Origin: a virus
Lineage: Duplodnaviria > Caudoviricetes
DNA: 45,790 nt
Virus record (IMG/VR): IMGVR_UViG_3300012942_000069
Span: 1 to 45,790 of that record
Direction: 5' to 3' (one strand)
This document shows, in pieces, positions 26,138 through 36,146 of this stretch; position 1 is the first letter of the stretch; every line of letters starts with the position of its first letter. Below the pieces are notes generated by a model. That model was not told the DNA's origin. It ran no database searches and worked only from the letters and a program-made list of their open reading frames with translations. The translations under genes were made by a program, and so were the position numbers.

Positions 26138-27655
26138 TTAACCGTTGCCGACAGAACGCTCCATCCAACGAGCGATGGCCTGCAGCTCCTTGCCAAAATG
26201 CGTGAAGTATTCTTCAACGTAGCCCTGCATAATGGCAGGATAAGAGGTCGCTTCACCGCGCTCGTATCCGTAGCTGTCACCAAAGAAACGCTGAATGCGT
26301 GTATCCTCACCGAGGATATTTCGATCGAACCCCTTGTGCTCTTCTGGACGCAGGGAGTAGAAGATCTCTTCGCTCAACGCGTCGAACTTCGTGATCTCGC
26401 CACGGGTCGAGAAGTACGCTTGCATCAGCGAGATAGCTTCCTTGAGCTGAGAGGCCGTCATGGCGGGAATGCGCTCAGCCAATGCATGGGGAGGTTCGAC
26501 AAATTTTCCTTCGGCCTCCCATCCCGCCGCCGGGGTGTAATGGGCTCCTGTACTCAAAACAGGCAACGGAAGCGAGCCACGAGCATGTGGCGGCCGAAGG
26601 CTAGGCAGCTTGCTATTGGCGAACGCCAGTGCCGCATCCTGACCTTGAGATTCGTAAACCTTCCAAGCCTCAACGCGTATGGCATGGATCTCCTTGAGGA
26701 AGGGCACAAGCGTGGAGCGCGCTGCCGTAAAGACCTGATCGACCTTCTGACCATCGCTAGCCACGGCCTTGACCGGATCGCCCGACATGACAAGCACATC
26801 GCTAATGCCCTTCCCACTCACGCTCCCCTCAACCAGCGGATGGGTTTTCAACCATGCAGCGTTGAAGAACGTTCCAGAAAAATGAGCCCAGAGTTCTTGG
26901 AGGTCTTCTTTCACCGCTTCTTCTTTCTCGGCTCGTTCTTGATCGGCTTTGATTTCCTTGTTGGCCTTGTGCGTGTTGTACGCCACGATGCCGCCGATAA
27001 TTGCGCCGATGATACCAGCAGCCACCAACCCTTCAGTCGACGATGTCAGCTTTTTTTTTTCGCCGGCAACGGTCGAGTTGCTCTCGGTACTCGAGATGAT
27101 GGTGGTCTTGTCCGAACCAACCACAACGTACTGCTCGTCGCCATCCAGGAAAGCTTCCAGCGCACGCTTGCCGACCACGCAGCGCACGCCCTCGGAGGCC
27201 AGCACCTGATCGGCCAGCTGACGCAGCATGCTCGCCGGCGAGAGGTCATCGGGCTTGGTGTAGTTGACGTTCTCGGGAATCAGCGCCGCCAGCGTCTGGG
27301 AGGGATTGCGCAGGCTCGATGCGATCAGCGCGTTCACGACGCCATCGTCGGCATTGCCCATGCCGCGACCGTCCAGCAGGTAGATGTGCGTGGGGCCGGT
27401 GTGGGGATGTTTGTTGTCGTAGTCGTTGATGGTGGACTTGATCCGATCCATCATCGCTTCGCGCTCGCTGTTGTCGAGCTGCTGGGTTTCCAGACCGGTA
27501 CTGAGCTGCTGTCGGAAAACATGGACGCCAAAGCGCTCCTTCAGGCTGTCCGCGTAGTCGATCAGGGACGCCGACTCCACCGAGACGACCGGCTGGGCGA
27601 CAGCGATGGACTCCACACTCGGCGTGGTGCTCTGGTGCTTCTTCAAGGGAAACAT
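26138..27655 (-). CDS. Putative virion head/ejection protein, paralog of the repeated module
   Basis: Multiple SVE/GLE/STE sites; GIIGAIIGGI helix; TFFNAAWL..VSGKGI and RWMERSV motifs shared with the 855-aa protein. Confidence 0.7.
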   Translation of the reverse strand: MFPLKKHQSTTPSVESIAVAQPVVSVESASLIDYADSLKERFGVHVFRQQLSTGLETQQLDNSEREAMMDRIKSTINDYDNKHPHTGPTHIYLLDGRGMGNADDGVVNALIASSLRNPSQTLAALIPENVNYTKPDDLSPASMLRQLADQVLASEGVRCVVGKRALEAFLDGDEQYVVVGSDKTTIISSTESNSTVAGEKKKLTSSTEGLVAAGIIGAIIGGIVAYNTHKANKEIKADQERAEKEEAVKEDLQELWAHFSGTFFNAAWLKTHPLVEGSVSGKGISDVLVMSGDPVKAVASDGQKVDQVFTAARSTLVPFLKEIHAIRVEAWKVYESQGQDAALAFANSKLPSLRPPHARGSLPLPVLSTGAHYTPAAGWEAEGKFVEPPHALAERIPAMTASQLKEAISLMQAYFSTRGEITKFDALSEEIFYSLRPEEHKGFDRNILGEDTRIQRFFGDSYGYERGEATSYPAIMQGYVEEYFTHFGKELQAIARWMERSVGNG

Positions 27656-28625
27656 GACGTAGGCGTTCCTTGGGTGGGACGAAGAGGGATGGCATGCGAT
27701 GCCACAGAGAATTCCGCCAGACTACGGTCAGAAACCGTCCCTGGGAAGAGGGCATAAAACGGCTTCCGAGGGGATCGGAAGCCGTGTGACGGACAAGGAC
27801 ATCGCAAAGACGCCGTTTGCCCCTCACCCCATAGATCACGTTGTGAAACATTTCCGAGAGCCTTCCTCCTCGAAGAGCTCACGAGAATAAATAGCATAAC
27901 GTCTGAGTAGGTAAAAACTACACAGTTCTCTCTGAAAAGTTTTCGTCAATCTAGTAAAACAGGGAAAAGTGTCCGGTCACTCACGCGCCCGCGCGCCCGC
28001 CTGCGTTTTTACTCTTAAATAGTAATAGTTAATAGAAGAGCTTTAAAAGCAAATAAGTCTCGACCGACCGGAAGGACCCTCCCGGGCTCCTTCCTCGCGT
28101 CGGAACCCTGAAGCTCGTTCCAAAAGCGATTTTTTCCCGGAAAATGAAAACCGACGAAAAGCCTTCGACGGAGGGTCTTTTGACCCTCCTGGCACGTGGC
28201 TCCTAAGAGCGCCTAGGACGGCTTTCGTCCACGAGGGTCACTTCGGACCCTCTAGCCCATTTCGTCGAAGCACCAGCGCCGTCCTAGGACCCGTAGCATC
28301 GAAGCATCGAAACAAAGGCGAAGCCCATGGCAAACCAGACATCGAACACAAAGCCCCCCTTTCCTCATCTCAATCCTGTCTTCGCCGGATACCGGCGAAA
28401 CAGAAGCCGCCATGCGGCGGCTGAGCATAACGGGGTTAACCGCGCGCGCGTGCGCGAGGCCCGCTGCCCCTGCACAGTACCCCTCACCACCAAGCTCAAT
28501 ATACGCTGAAACGCTCTGTATCGCTCTCTAAGCGATTCTTACGAGTGACCATAGGGCGTCCTAGCGACCCACTCCCTGAGAGAGTCCTACAGAGGCTCTC
28601 AGAGGCAAAAAAAAAGAGGGAAGAG
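27656..28625. other. ~1 kb intergenic region with AT-rich core
   Basis: No credible ORF; AT-rich 27885-27970 and 28005-28060 flanked by CG-rich tracts. Confidence 0.55.
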
Positions 28626-28661
28626 GACATAAAGCCCTCCACCCCGTGAAGGGTGGAGGGC
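28626..28661 (-). terminator. GACATA-flanked hairpin followed by T tract
   Basis: gccctccaccc-cgtgaa-gggtggagggc; A9 run on the plus strand at about 28607-28615. Confidence 0.7.
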
Positions 28662-28669
28662 CATCGATC

Positions 28670-28909
28670 TTACCAGTCCTGGTTGGTCGGCTCACAGCCG
28701 ATCGCCAGTTCGGTACGCAGCTCATCCTCATCCACACCCAAGGCGCGCAGGATACCCGCTAGGCGTTCCTGCTGCTCGACAGGGGACAGATCGGCATTCA
28801 AACCGCCGATCCCCGGTGAACGCAGGGGCGACTTAGCCGCCGCTTCTAAGGCGGCGTGATGGAAGTCCAGAGGACGATTGAGCTCGTTGATTTCACGGAA
28901 CAGCGCCAT
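28670..28909 (-). CDS. Small hypothetical protein (MALFREINEL...)
   Basis: 79 aa; GAGGT RBS. Confidence 0.65.
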   Translation of the reverse strand: MALFREINELNRPLDFHHAALEAAAKSPLRSPGIGGLNADLSPVEQQERLAGILRALGVDEDELRTELAIGCEPTNQDW

Positions 28910-28963
28910 GATGCAATACCTCGTGACAGTGAAGGGAAAGAAACTTGATGAGGATGGCCGCAC

Positions 28964-29113
28964 TTAGGCGGCGGCCTTGTCCTCGCTCCGCTCACGGCGG
29001 CGCTCATCACGGTAGTGCGTTCGCCACTTGTTCTGGCAGTGGCGGTTCCAGGCGCTGGCTGCTTCGTACACCACGAAGCAGGCGCCGATGACAGCTAGGA
29101 CAGTCTTGAACAT
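28964..29113 (-). CDS. 49-aa protein with N-terminal membrane anchor (MFKTVLAVIGACFVVYEAASAWNR...)
   Basis: Manual translation; GAGGTG RBS; below the ORF-track cutoff. Confidence 0.65.
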   Translation of the reverse strand: MFKTVLAVIGACFVVYEAASAWNRHCQNKWRTHYRDERRRERSEDKAAA

Positions 29114-29249
29114 GGTACACCTCGTCAGGTTGACAACCGAAGCCCACGTTAGGCTTCTCGAGGGTGTGTTGTGTCGGTGTAGTCTGGTTATTTAAGATTT
29201 CGGGCTGAAATGGTGTGATTCCTTCCTTCACGAGTAGCTAGGCGCCTCC

Positions 29250-30500
29250 ATGGCCACCCATCCCACGATTGCCTCAGTGTTTGCCGAGCATACCGCTGGC
29301 GTCGTCATCAACGGCGAGCTGGTGAAACGTATCCACCTCTACGAACGCGCCTTCTGCAACGCCAACGACGATCATCTGGAGTTCTTCGGCGGTCAACTGA
29401 TGGGCGTGCATCCGATCCGCTTCAAGCCCACCGATCGCGACCGCTGGTTCAGCGACGTGCTGGAGGTGGACGAGCTCGATTTGCGTGATGGCGTACTTGC
29501 ACTTCCTACCGTCAAGGCTGAATGGAAGCGCGCATCCGACGTCATGAACCTCTCGATCGTCTGGCTGTTGCATGCGCTGTGGCAGAGCGATTTGCCGCAA
29601 CCCCTGAAGCATCAAGGTTTGATCGATACGCTCTTGATCCTCCAGTACAAGTTCCTGTGCTCGCTGATGTACCATTGGTACCCCTACCCGGCGGATCGTG
29701 GAACGATGGAGGCGGCCTATGCGGCGATGAGTCGCCGGTACGTGCTGAAGCAAGCTGGTAGCTGGAACAAGCTCTTGCGCATCCGTGCGGAGGAGATCAT
29801 CTCCAACACGGGCGTGCACAAGGACGCGTATCGGAAGTTCAACGATGACCAGGCCATCATCAACATGGTCTCGGACATCCAAGGGCGCTTGCGCAAGATC
29901 GTCAAGACGATGACCGACCTTTTTTACCAGATGCGGGCATCGGGTAAACGCGTGGGGACAGATTCCTTGACCCTGGTCAACGACGGTCAAGCCTTTGCCA
30001 AGGAGACCAGTCGTAAGTGGCCGACGTACATCCGCTACGCGCATCAGATCCTGGATGATCCCCGCTCGTTCATCAAGCCGGAGCTGATCGATCTGGTAGC
30101 GGATCTTCAGCACACTCTGGATCCTCGCCGATTGGAGGAAGCGCTGGACTGGATGAGCCTCAACCATCGCGAGAACTTTCCGCACTGGGAGCCCAAGGTA
30201 AAAGGCTCGTACATCGAAGCGTTTGTCGATGAGGTTCTGATCTATGCGTTCGAGCTGATGACGCGGCAAAAGCACCTGATCGTCAAGAACGAAATGGGAC
30301 CCGTGCTCGCGCAATTGCGTACGCTCTATATGGCGTCACGCATGGTCGATCCCTCACTGATCAAAGCGAAGGACATGGCTGACCACATTGTGGAAGCATC
30401 GGTCAAGTCCCGCAATCCCTCCATGCTTGCCAGTGTGCGCACCGGCATTCAGCTGTATGTCACTTGTCGCGTCCTCGCGATGAACCACTATGCGAACTAA
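29250..30500 (+). CDS. Conserved Chimalliviridae core protein (phiKZ gp32-like)
   Basis: 416 aa; NDDHLEFFGGQLMGV..RF..DR, SD.MNLS, LQYKF.CSL, R..Y..SR motifs. Confidence 0.75.
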   Translation: MATHPTIASVFAEHTAGVVINGELVKRIHLYERAFCNANDDHLEFFGGQLMGVHPIRFKPTDRDRWFSDVLEVDELDLRDGVLALPTVKAEWKRASDVMNLSIVWLLHALWQSDLPQPLKHQGLIDTLLILQYKFLCSLMYHWYPYPADRGTMEAAYAAMSRRYVLKQAGSWNKLLRIRAEEIISNTGVHKDAYRKFNDDQAIINMVSDIQGRLRKIVKTMTDLFYQMRASGKRVGTDSLTLVNDGQAFAKETSRKWPTYIRYAHQILDDPRSFIKPELIDLVADLQHTLDPRRLEEALDWMSLNHRENFPHWEPKVKGSYIEAFVDEVLIYAFELMTRQKHLIVKNEMGPVLAQLRTLYMASRMVDPSLIKAKDMADHIVEASVKSRNPSMLASVRTGIQLYVTCRVLAMNHYAN

Positions 30501-30508
30501 CACCCCTC

Positions 30509-30934
30509 ATGGCACAACGCGATTTCGTTCACACCCCTCTCTCGCGTGCGGGGGCCGTGATTCATTGGCTGTTGGGGGAATCCTCCACGCGTGTGATTCA
30601 AGGCCCCTCGCGCACTCGTACCCTGGTGCTGCGTTCCGACCATCAGGCCGATTGGCCTCGTGGCACCGTCACCTGTTCCCGGATCGTCTACAAGACGATC
30701 TACCGCCGTCCCTGGATTCCGTCCACCACCCACTCCCTCTACCACGTCGAGATGCATGTGCCCGATGAAGTGCGGGCGCGGTATCCGGCCGAGTACTTCG
30801 AATCGGTGACCTATCCGCTCCTGTGCAATCCCTGGCTGGAGTGGACGACCTACCCCCACCTCTGTGCCATCCATGCGTACCTCGATACGTTCCTGGAGCG
30901 CCTGCGGGGCGATTACGAACCGTACCTTCGCTAA
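30509..30934 (+). CDS. Hypothetical protein
   Basis: ATG 8 nt after the upstream stop; 141 aa. Confidence 0.6.
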   Translation: MAQRDFVHTPLSRAGAVIHWLLGESSTRVIQGPSRTRTLVLRSDHQADWPRGTVTCSRIVYKTIYRRPWIPSTTHSLYHVEMHVPDEVRARYPAEYFESVTYPLLCNPWLEWTTYPHLCAIHAYLDTFLERLRGDYEPYLR

Positions 30935-30957
30935 CCCTTTACTCAAGGAACCGTTCC

Positions 30958-31326
30958 ATGGCCAAGCCGTCCAAGAAGCCTGCCGTCCCCAAGGGACCGC
31001 CGGGGCTGCATTCCCTGACCGTGCTCTTCTTCGACCATCGGAGCTCGTTCCTGGACGACGAAACGACGGCCTTGGCCAAAGCCCTCGGTTACCGTTCGGC
31101 GACGGCACGCTACATGGAAGTCGCACCGGAGCAGTGGACGCTCCAGATGGTCTTCCGTCGTCATCACGGTAAACCAACCAAGGTCGCGTTCACGCTGATG
31201 AACGGTTCGGAACGACCACCGATCGTCCTGATCCAGTTCCTGGCCAAGGAGATCGCGATCCAGTATCGACTGGAGATGCGGCGTCAGACCGCGCCAGCCC
31301 TCCCTGAAGCCCGTCGCGCCAGCTGA
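30958..31326 (+). CDS. Hypothetical protein (MAKPSKKP...)
   Basis: AAGGA RBS; 122 aa. Confidence 0.7.
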   Translation: MAKPSKKPAVPKGPPGLHSLTVLFFDHRSSFLDDETTALAKALGYRSATARYMEVAPEQWTLQMVFRRHHGKPTKVAFTLMNGSERPPIVLIQFLAKEIAIQYRLEMRRQTAPALPEARRAS

Positions 31327-31327
31327 C

Positions 31328-31378
31328 GGCATACAGCCCTCCCTGAAGCCTTCACGGGCTTCAGGGAGGGCTGTATGC
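31328..31378. terminator. Bidirectional GCATA...TATGC hairpin
   Basis: gcatacagccctccctgaagcc...ggcttcagggagggctgtatgc between convergent genes. Confidence 0.8.
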
Positions 31379-31385
31379 GTGCTAC

Positions 31386-32021
31386 TCACGGTCGCAGGGT
31401 GGTGGCCAGCTCGTTGAAGACGTCGTGGAGACAAAGCTGGGGCGTGACCATGGCCTTGATACTCGCTTCTTCCATGCCGCATTCCGGGCTCTCAATGCGC
31501 AAAGTGAAGCGATAATCGTAAAGGTCAGGGACCCACCAGTGATGGGAACGAACGCGCCAGGATGACAGAATCAGTACCCAGCGGTCGATCCCGTGCCTCT
31601 GAGCCCACCGGTTCCCTTGATCGGCCACCAGTGTTGAGACGTACTGCTCGTGGCGATAGCTGACCTGTTGTCCGGGCCGATGAAGCCAACGACGCTCGTG
31701 GCCACCCTCTCCTAGGTCCAGATTGATCACTCGCCGCCATTGGAACTTAGTTTCGTGGTAATCATGCCAGAAGCCGTATTCCGCGCGATCGCCAATGCGT
31801 CCCGTGATCCAGACACTCAGGCGATTCAACGGGAAAGGTACCTCGGCAATCAACGTAAAGAGCCAAGGAATGGCCCAGGTGAACCGGAGACGCTCGTCTT
31901 GACCATCCGCGATGACGTGGAAGGCCAGCACGTTGCCCAGTTTACGGGCCTTTCGTCCGACGCCCACGGCCAGTTGCCAGGGTCGTCGATGAGACACGCA
32001 GGTCATGAATGGCAACGGCAT
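31386..32021 (-). CDS. Hypothetical Trp-rich protein
   Basis: AAGGAGG RBS before ATG 32021; the frame is open back to the terminase TGA. Confidence 0.6.
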   Translation of the reverse strand: MPLPFMTCVSHRRPWQLAVGVGRKARKLGNVLAFHVIADGQDERLRFTWAIPWLFTLIAEVPFPLNRLSVWITGRIGDRAEYGFWHDYHETKFQWRRVINLDLGEGGHERRWLHRPGQQVSYRHEQYVSTLVADQGNRWAQRHGIDRWVLILSSWRVRSHHWWVPDLYDYRFTLRIESPECGMEEASIKAMVTPQLCLHDVFNELATTLRP

Positions 32022-32066
32022 GGCGGCAAGCGCCTCCTTCACTTTTCGAGAGGGGATCACACTAAT

Positions 32067-34319
32067 TCACGCGACTCGACGCCAGCCCAGTGAATTGCCC
32101 AAGGGTCGGAAACCTCCGCGTTGGAATTGCTCGATCGTCTGCATGACATCCCGATGCGCTTCCGCTTCCGGCGTGGTACTGACAGCGCTCTGCACTAGGC
32201 GTAGACGCTTGTTCTTGATGTCACGCATGCGTTCCATGACGGCATCCATGGCGTACTCAGGAGGCGCGCCTTGAGATTCCAACTTACGAGAGAGGTAACG
32301 CAACCGCTGCTCGTAGAGCACGGCCATGGCGTCATTGCCGGAGGCATCGAGCATTTCCATGATCGATTCGATCTCATCGGAATACGCTTTCTGCTGCTCA
32401 GCTTTCCACCGTTCACCCAGATCCTGATCGGCTTCTTCCGTTTCCTTCAGTGTACTCATGACCAGCCCCGAAGGGATCCCGTAGTGAGATAGGTTCAGCG
32501 CGGCGGTGGCCATCCACTGTCCCATCAACCAGGCGATGCAGTGATCGTCATGGCCCAGGTCGGAGTGATCCACGCGGTTGTTCTTCATGGTCAGTGAGAG
32601 GAGCTCGCCCGCCAGCGGCTTGTCGCCAATGTAGCGGCCCAGGCGCCGACAGGCCGTCTGCAGTACGTTGCCGTAAAGGAGATCGCGGAGCGTCTTGTCC
32701 GTCTTGAAGCCGAAGCAAGTCTTGCGTTCGGTGTAGAAGAACGAGGGACGCATGGACATCGGTTGGAGGATTTCCGAATAGGCTTCCTGGCCCTTCTCCG
32801 AATCGTAAGCTTCGTGGACGATGGAGTTATAGATGCGCTTGAAGGGATCGACACCGGCCTCCGGTAACTTGGCCAGCAGGGCATCGATGATCATCGGTCC
32901 GGTGCTCTTACGCTCCGGAATGAGCGTGACATCCGGATTGGCAATCAGATACCGCGCCAGCCAATCGGCAAACTCAATCAAATTCGCCAGGCTGATGGTC
33001 GCTGAGCCCACGACGCGCAGCGAAGCGACGTCGATCCAGATCAAGGCGGTCGAGTCCTTGTTAGCGCCTTCGGACGGATCCAGGCCCAGGATCAACCGCG
33101 AATTAGCGCGCAGGTATTCCCGTTCCTTCTCCGTCACGTACCAGCGAATGAGGTAGTGCTCCGCGGTGATCTCCGTCATCACGGGGTCACGTTGCGATTC
33201 AGCAATCTGATGCAGAATATCGGTAGGTAATGGCGAGCGCGCCGAACCGGAGTTCCAGATATTGAAGAAGTCACGCTCGGTGTCTTCTTTCGAACCGGCA
33301 GCGGCACGAATGGCATCGTAAAGCCATGCGTCGGAGAAACCTAACTGTCGATGCGACATCGTGATGTTCACTGCAACGGTATCGCCGCGGCAACCGGTTT
33401 CCACGAGCTTGGTCGCATCCTTCCGATCAACGCAATCGAAGATAGCCTCGTTCCACGTCCACGCCTTGGAAACGTAGTTGTACATGTAACCACCGTCACG
33501 ATCGTCGCGGCGCCCTGCTGTGGTGGTGATGATCATGCCGTAAGGCGCACCGTTCTTCTCAGCGAAGGTACGCGCCGCGGTACCTGCTGCCGCAGCAGCC
33601 GGCATCGTCGTGCCGATGAAACTGATGAAGGGTGCCTCGTCCAGATGGAGGATCGCCGCGGTGAGTCCGCGTCCCAAGTTGTTTGCGGCCATGCGGTTAG
33701 ACCGCGCCACACCCGTTTTGTACTCGTTGGCCAGCATCGTGTTGTTCAAACCGGACTTGTTATCCATGTCTTCCTTGTGCTTGGAGTACATGTAGTTCGG
33801 TAAGAGCTCCCGGATTTCCTTGAGTCGACTGATGGTGTCCGTCTGGAGGTCCGAGCCTTTGGTGATCATCATCATCTTCGTGTGATTGCTCCCCACGTCG
33901 ATGATCCAATCCGTCAAGATATCCACCGAGCCGGTTTTACCCGTCTGTCGCGGTTGGATCAAAATGGCGGTCAGGTGATTGAGGAAACACCACATGAGTG
34001 CGATGTTGCCACGGTTGGCTCGGAAGGGCATCGGTTCGATGCCCGATACCGGCGGGAACCGTGCCACCTCACGAATGAAGTACCAGAGGTTGGTCTTGCA
34101 TTCGTAAGCGATATCCACGCGCTGCTGAATGGTGAGATTGGGATCGAACGGATCCACCCCTTGAAGCGAGGGATTGTGCAGCGCCAGCAAGAAGTAATAA
34201 TGCTTGACCCCCATGCGGCGATAGGTATCAGCCAGGTGGAGGAAGGACTTGTTGCGCGTGCGCGTATCTACGATGGCCGATTTGTAGCGTTTCCAATCAG
34301 CCTTGAAGAGAATCGTCAT
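32067..34319 (-). CDS. terL: Terminase large subunit (phiKZ gp25-like)
   Basis: Walker A QPRQTGKT, Walker B ILHLDEAPF, ITTTAG, nuclease LGLDPSEG and HDD. Confidence 0.95.
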   Translation of the reverse strand: MTILFKADWKRYKSAIVDTRTRNKSFLHLADTYRRMGVKHYYFLLALHNPSLQGVDPFDPNLTIQQRVDIAYECKTNLWYFIREVARFPPVSGIEPMPFRANRGNIALMWCFLNHLTAILIQPRQTGKTGSVDILTDWIIDVGSNHTKMMMITKGSDLQTDTISRLKEIRELLPNYMYSKHKEDMDNKSGLNNTMLANEYKTGVARSNRMAANNLGRGLTAAILHLDEAPFISFIGTTMPAAAAAGTAARTFAEKNGAPYGMIITTTAGRRDDRDGGYMYNYVSKAWTWNEAIFDCVDRKDATKLVETGCRGDTVAVNITMSHRQLGFSDAWLYDAIRAAAGSKEDTERDFFNIWNSGSARSPLPTDILHQIAESQRDPVMTEITAEHYLIRWYVTEKEREYLRANSRLILGLDPSEGANKDSTALIWIDVASLRVVGSATISLANLIEFADWLARYLIANPDVTLIPERKSTGPMIIDALLAKLPEAGVDPFKRIYNSIVHEAYDSEKGQEAYSEILQPMSMRPSFFYTERKTCFGFKTDKTLRDLLYGNVLQTACRRLGRYIGDKPLAGELLSLTMKNNRVDHSDLGHDDHCIAWLMGQWMATAALNLSHYGIPSGLVMSTLKETEEADQDLGERWKAEQQKAYSDEIESIMEMLDASGNDAMAVLYEQRLRYLSRKLESQGAPPEYAMDAVMERMRDIKNKRLRLVQSAVSTTPEAEAHRDVMQTIEQFQRGGFRPLGNSLGWRRVA

Positions 34320-34357
34320 GGATCACCTATGGGCAAAATGCCAGTCACTGTATTCGT

Positions 34358-34410
34358 GCATATAGCCATGCCCGATCCCTCCCTTGGCGCACGCCAAGGG
34401 AGGGATCGGG
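34358..34410 (-). terminator. Long hairpin with TATG flank upstream of terminase
   Basis: cccgatccctcccttggcg-ca-cgccaagggagggatcggg. Confidence 0.65.
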
Positions 34411-34438
34411 GGAGCCGATGCCGTATAGAATACGGTGC

Positions 34439-36112
34439 TTATTCCGCCTGCATTGCACGGATAATGAGACCCGAAACACCCAACTGCTGATCGTTCTGAC
34501 CGTCACGGTAGATCCACTCGATGAAGAGGTCATCGCCGTTGGTCAGCTGCGTGGTCACTGTCAGCGCTTGGTTCCACTGCGACACGGGGAACTCGTACGG
34601 CGTGTTGTTCGCCACGATGACCATGATGTTCGGCGTGGGTGCGACCACCTCGCTCATGGGATCGTACAGTGGCTGTGTGGCGAAGTACAACGTATTCAGC
34701 CAGTCGGTGAGGTTGGTCTTACCGCAGGTGATGTCGAGTGTCCAGTTGTTGACCTCGACGTAGGTAGCCGCGGCACTCACGCCCACACCGTAGGCCGGTG
34801 TCTGACCAGGCTTGAACTGGATGGTCCATGCATCGCCCGAGGCGTCTGTGCCCGGCCGCAGCAATGTGATGGCGGTGGTCTGCACATAACGCCAGGCCTT
34901 GTAGCTAGCGTCGACCTGGTTCATGTTGACGGCCAGGCGCAGATTCTGCACCACGTTGTATTGCTTGGGGTTGAACGACGCGGTGTCGGTGTCCGCTGTT
35001 ACCAAGTTGGTGACATCGTAGACATCTTGCCGGTCCAGATTGTACAGATAGACCTGGAGGCGATAGCCTGTCGACGCGTTCACCCAGACGGGGTAAGCGA
35101 ACATGTACACCGAGTAAGCGCCGTCCACTGCTTCTGTGGTGGCGGTGTAGGCCTGAGTGACCGTGTTGTTGGTCGAGGGCGTACCGATGTAGTTGTACTC
35201 GTCGCTGGAAAGGTTGTAGATCAATACCAGCGGAATCGTCTGCCCTTGGCGAGTCGCGATGTAGTTGGACAATCCGGCCATCGCGAACTTGGTACCGTCG
35301 ACGGGCAGTGAGCTGGTCGAACCGTCGGAGTACGTCACTACGCCCATGATCGGCAAGCTCTGCACGGGCATGTTGATCGGGAAGAGGATGTTCGTCGGAT
35401 CGGAGGGATCCAAGAACGGACTCGTCAGGCTGATCGCGGTGATGTACTTGATCGAGTCATCATTCTTGCGAATGAAGGACGAGTTCTGCACGATGAACTT
35501 GGCCGTGGATACCGCGCCACCCACGTCATCGTAGGCTACGACCGTGACGAGTTCACCGTCGTTGAGCAGGGTCTGCGTGTAGCCGACCTTGGGGGCCTTC
35601 ACCGCCGTGTTGGAGGTGTTGTTCATCGCCACCAGTTCCAAGGGGATGTTGTCTCCCAAGAGGTTCCAGTTGGTGTCGTAGAACTGCGAGATGACGGTCC
35701 CTTGATCAGAGATGTCCGTCCCCTGAAAGACCTTGATCGAACTCGTGGACGAGCCGTAGATGCGCTGTCGGCGATCGAGCGCTAGGGTCGCCGGTCGCAA
35801 AGCCGAATTGATGAAGACCCGGTAGGAGTCGGCAATCGTGCCAGGACCGGCACCCAGCAGCACGTCATCGTCGTCATCACCCGACGGGGGTGCCAGCGGT
35901 AGCGTCCACGATTCCAGTGTGGACTGCCCAGTGGTGTAATCCACTGCCGTGACCTTGAACAGGCCTTGGTCGTAATCGATCACCAGGTCGTAGACATTCG
36001 GCACGTAGACGGCCGGTTCCACGGGATTGGATGGGTTGTAGATCTGGGTGATGTTCCAGACGGCAAAGGGATCATTCGGCTTGACGACCGGAATGGGAGG
36101 CGTGTCAGACAT
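34439..36112 (-). CDS. Virion structural protein (phiKZ gp26-like)
   Basis: 557 aa; YVPNVYDLVID and LTSPFL motifs; synteny with terminase. Confidence 0.75.
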   Translation of the reverse strand: MSDTPPIPVVKPNDPFAVWNITQIYNPSNPVEPAVYVPNVYDLVIDYDQGLFKVTAVDYTTGQSTLESWTLPLAPPSGDDDDDVLLGAGPGTIADSYRVFINSALRPATLALDRRQRIYGSSTSSIKVFQGTDISDQGTVISQFYDTNWNLLGDNIPLELVAMNNTSNTAVKAPKVGYTQTLLNDGELVTVVAYDDVGGAVSTAKFIVQNSSFIRKNDDSIKYITAISLTSPFLDPSDPTNILFPINMPVQSLPIMGVVTYSDGSTSSLPVDGTKFAMAGLSNYIATRQGQTIPLVLIYNLSSDEYNYIGTPSTNNTVTQAYTATTEAVDGAYSVYMFAYPVWVNASTGYRLQVYLYNLDRQDVYDVTNLVTADTDTASFNPKQYNVVQNLRLAVNMNQVDASYKAWRYVQTTAITLLRPGTDASGDAWTIQFKPGQTPAYGVGVSAAATYVEVNNWTLDITCGKTNLTDWLNTLYFATQPLYDPMSEVVAPTPNIMVIVANNTPYEFPVSQWNQALTVTTQLTNGDDLFIEWIYRDGQNDQQLGVSGLIIRAMQAE

Positions 36113-36146
36113 GAGGGCGTCCTAGGGGCAAAGAGAAGAATGCCGC

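Noticed and set aside
24656-27757. 397-aa and 544-aa plus-strand ORFs
   Set aside because: Antisense shadows of real minus-strand genes; the same applies to 8854..10065, 29274..30314, 34418..35311 and 41842..43074.
8680-34319. Inteins in DNA polymerase or terminase
   Set aside because: Lengths fit intein-free family members; no C...HN/(C,S,T) or LAGLIDADG blocks seen.
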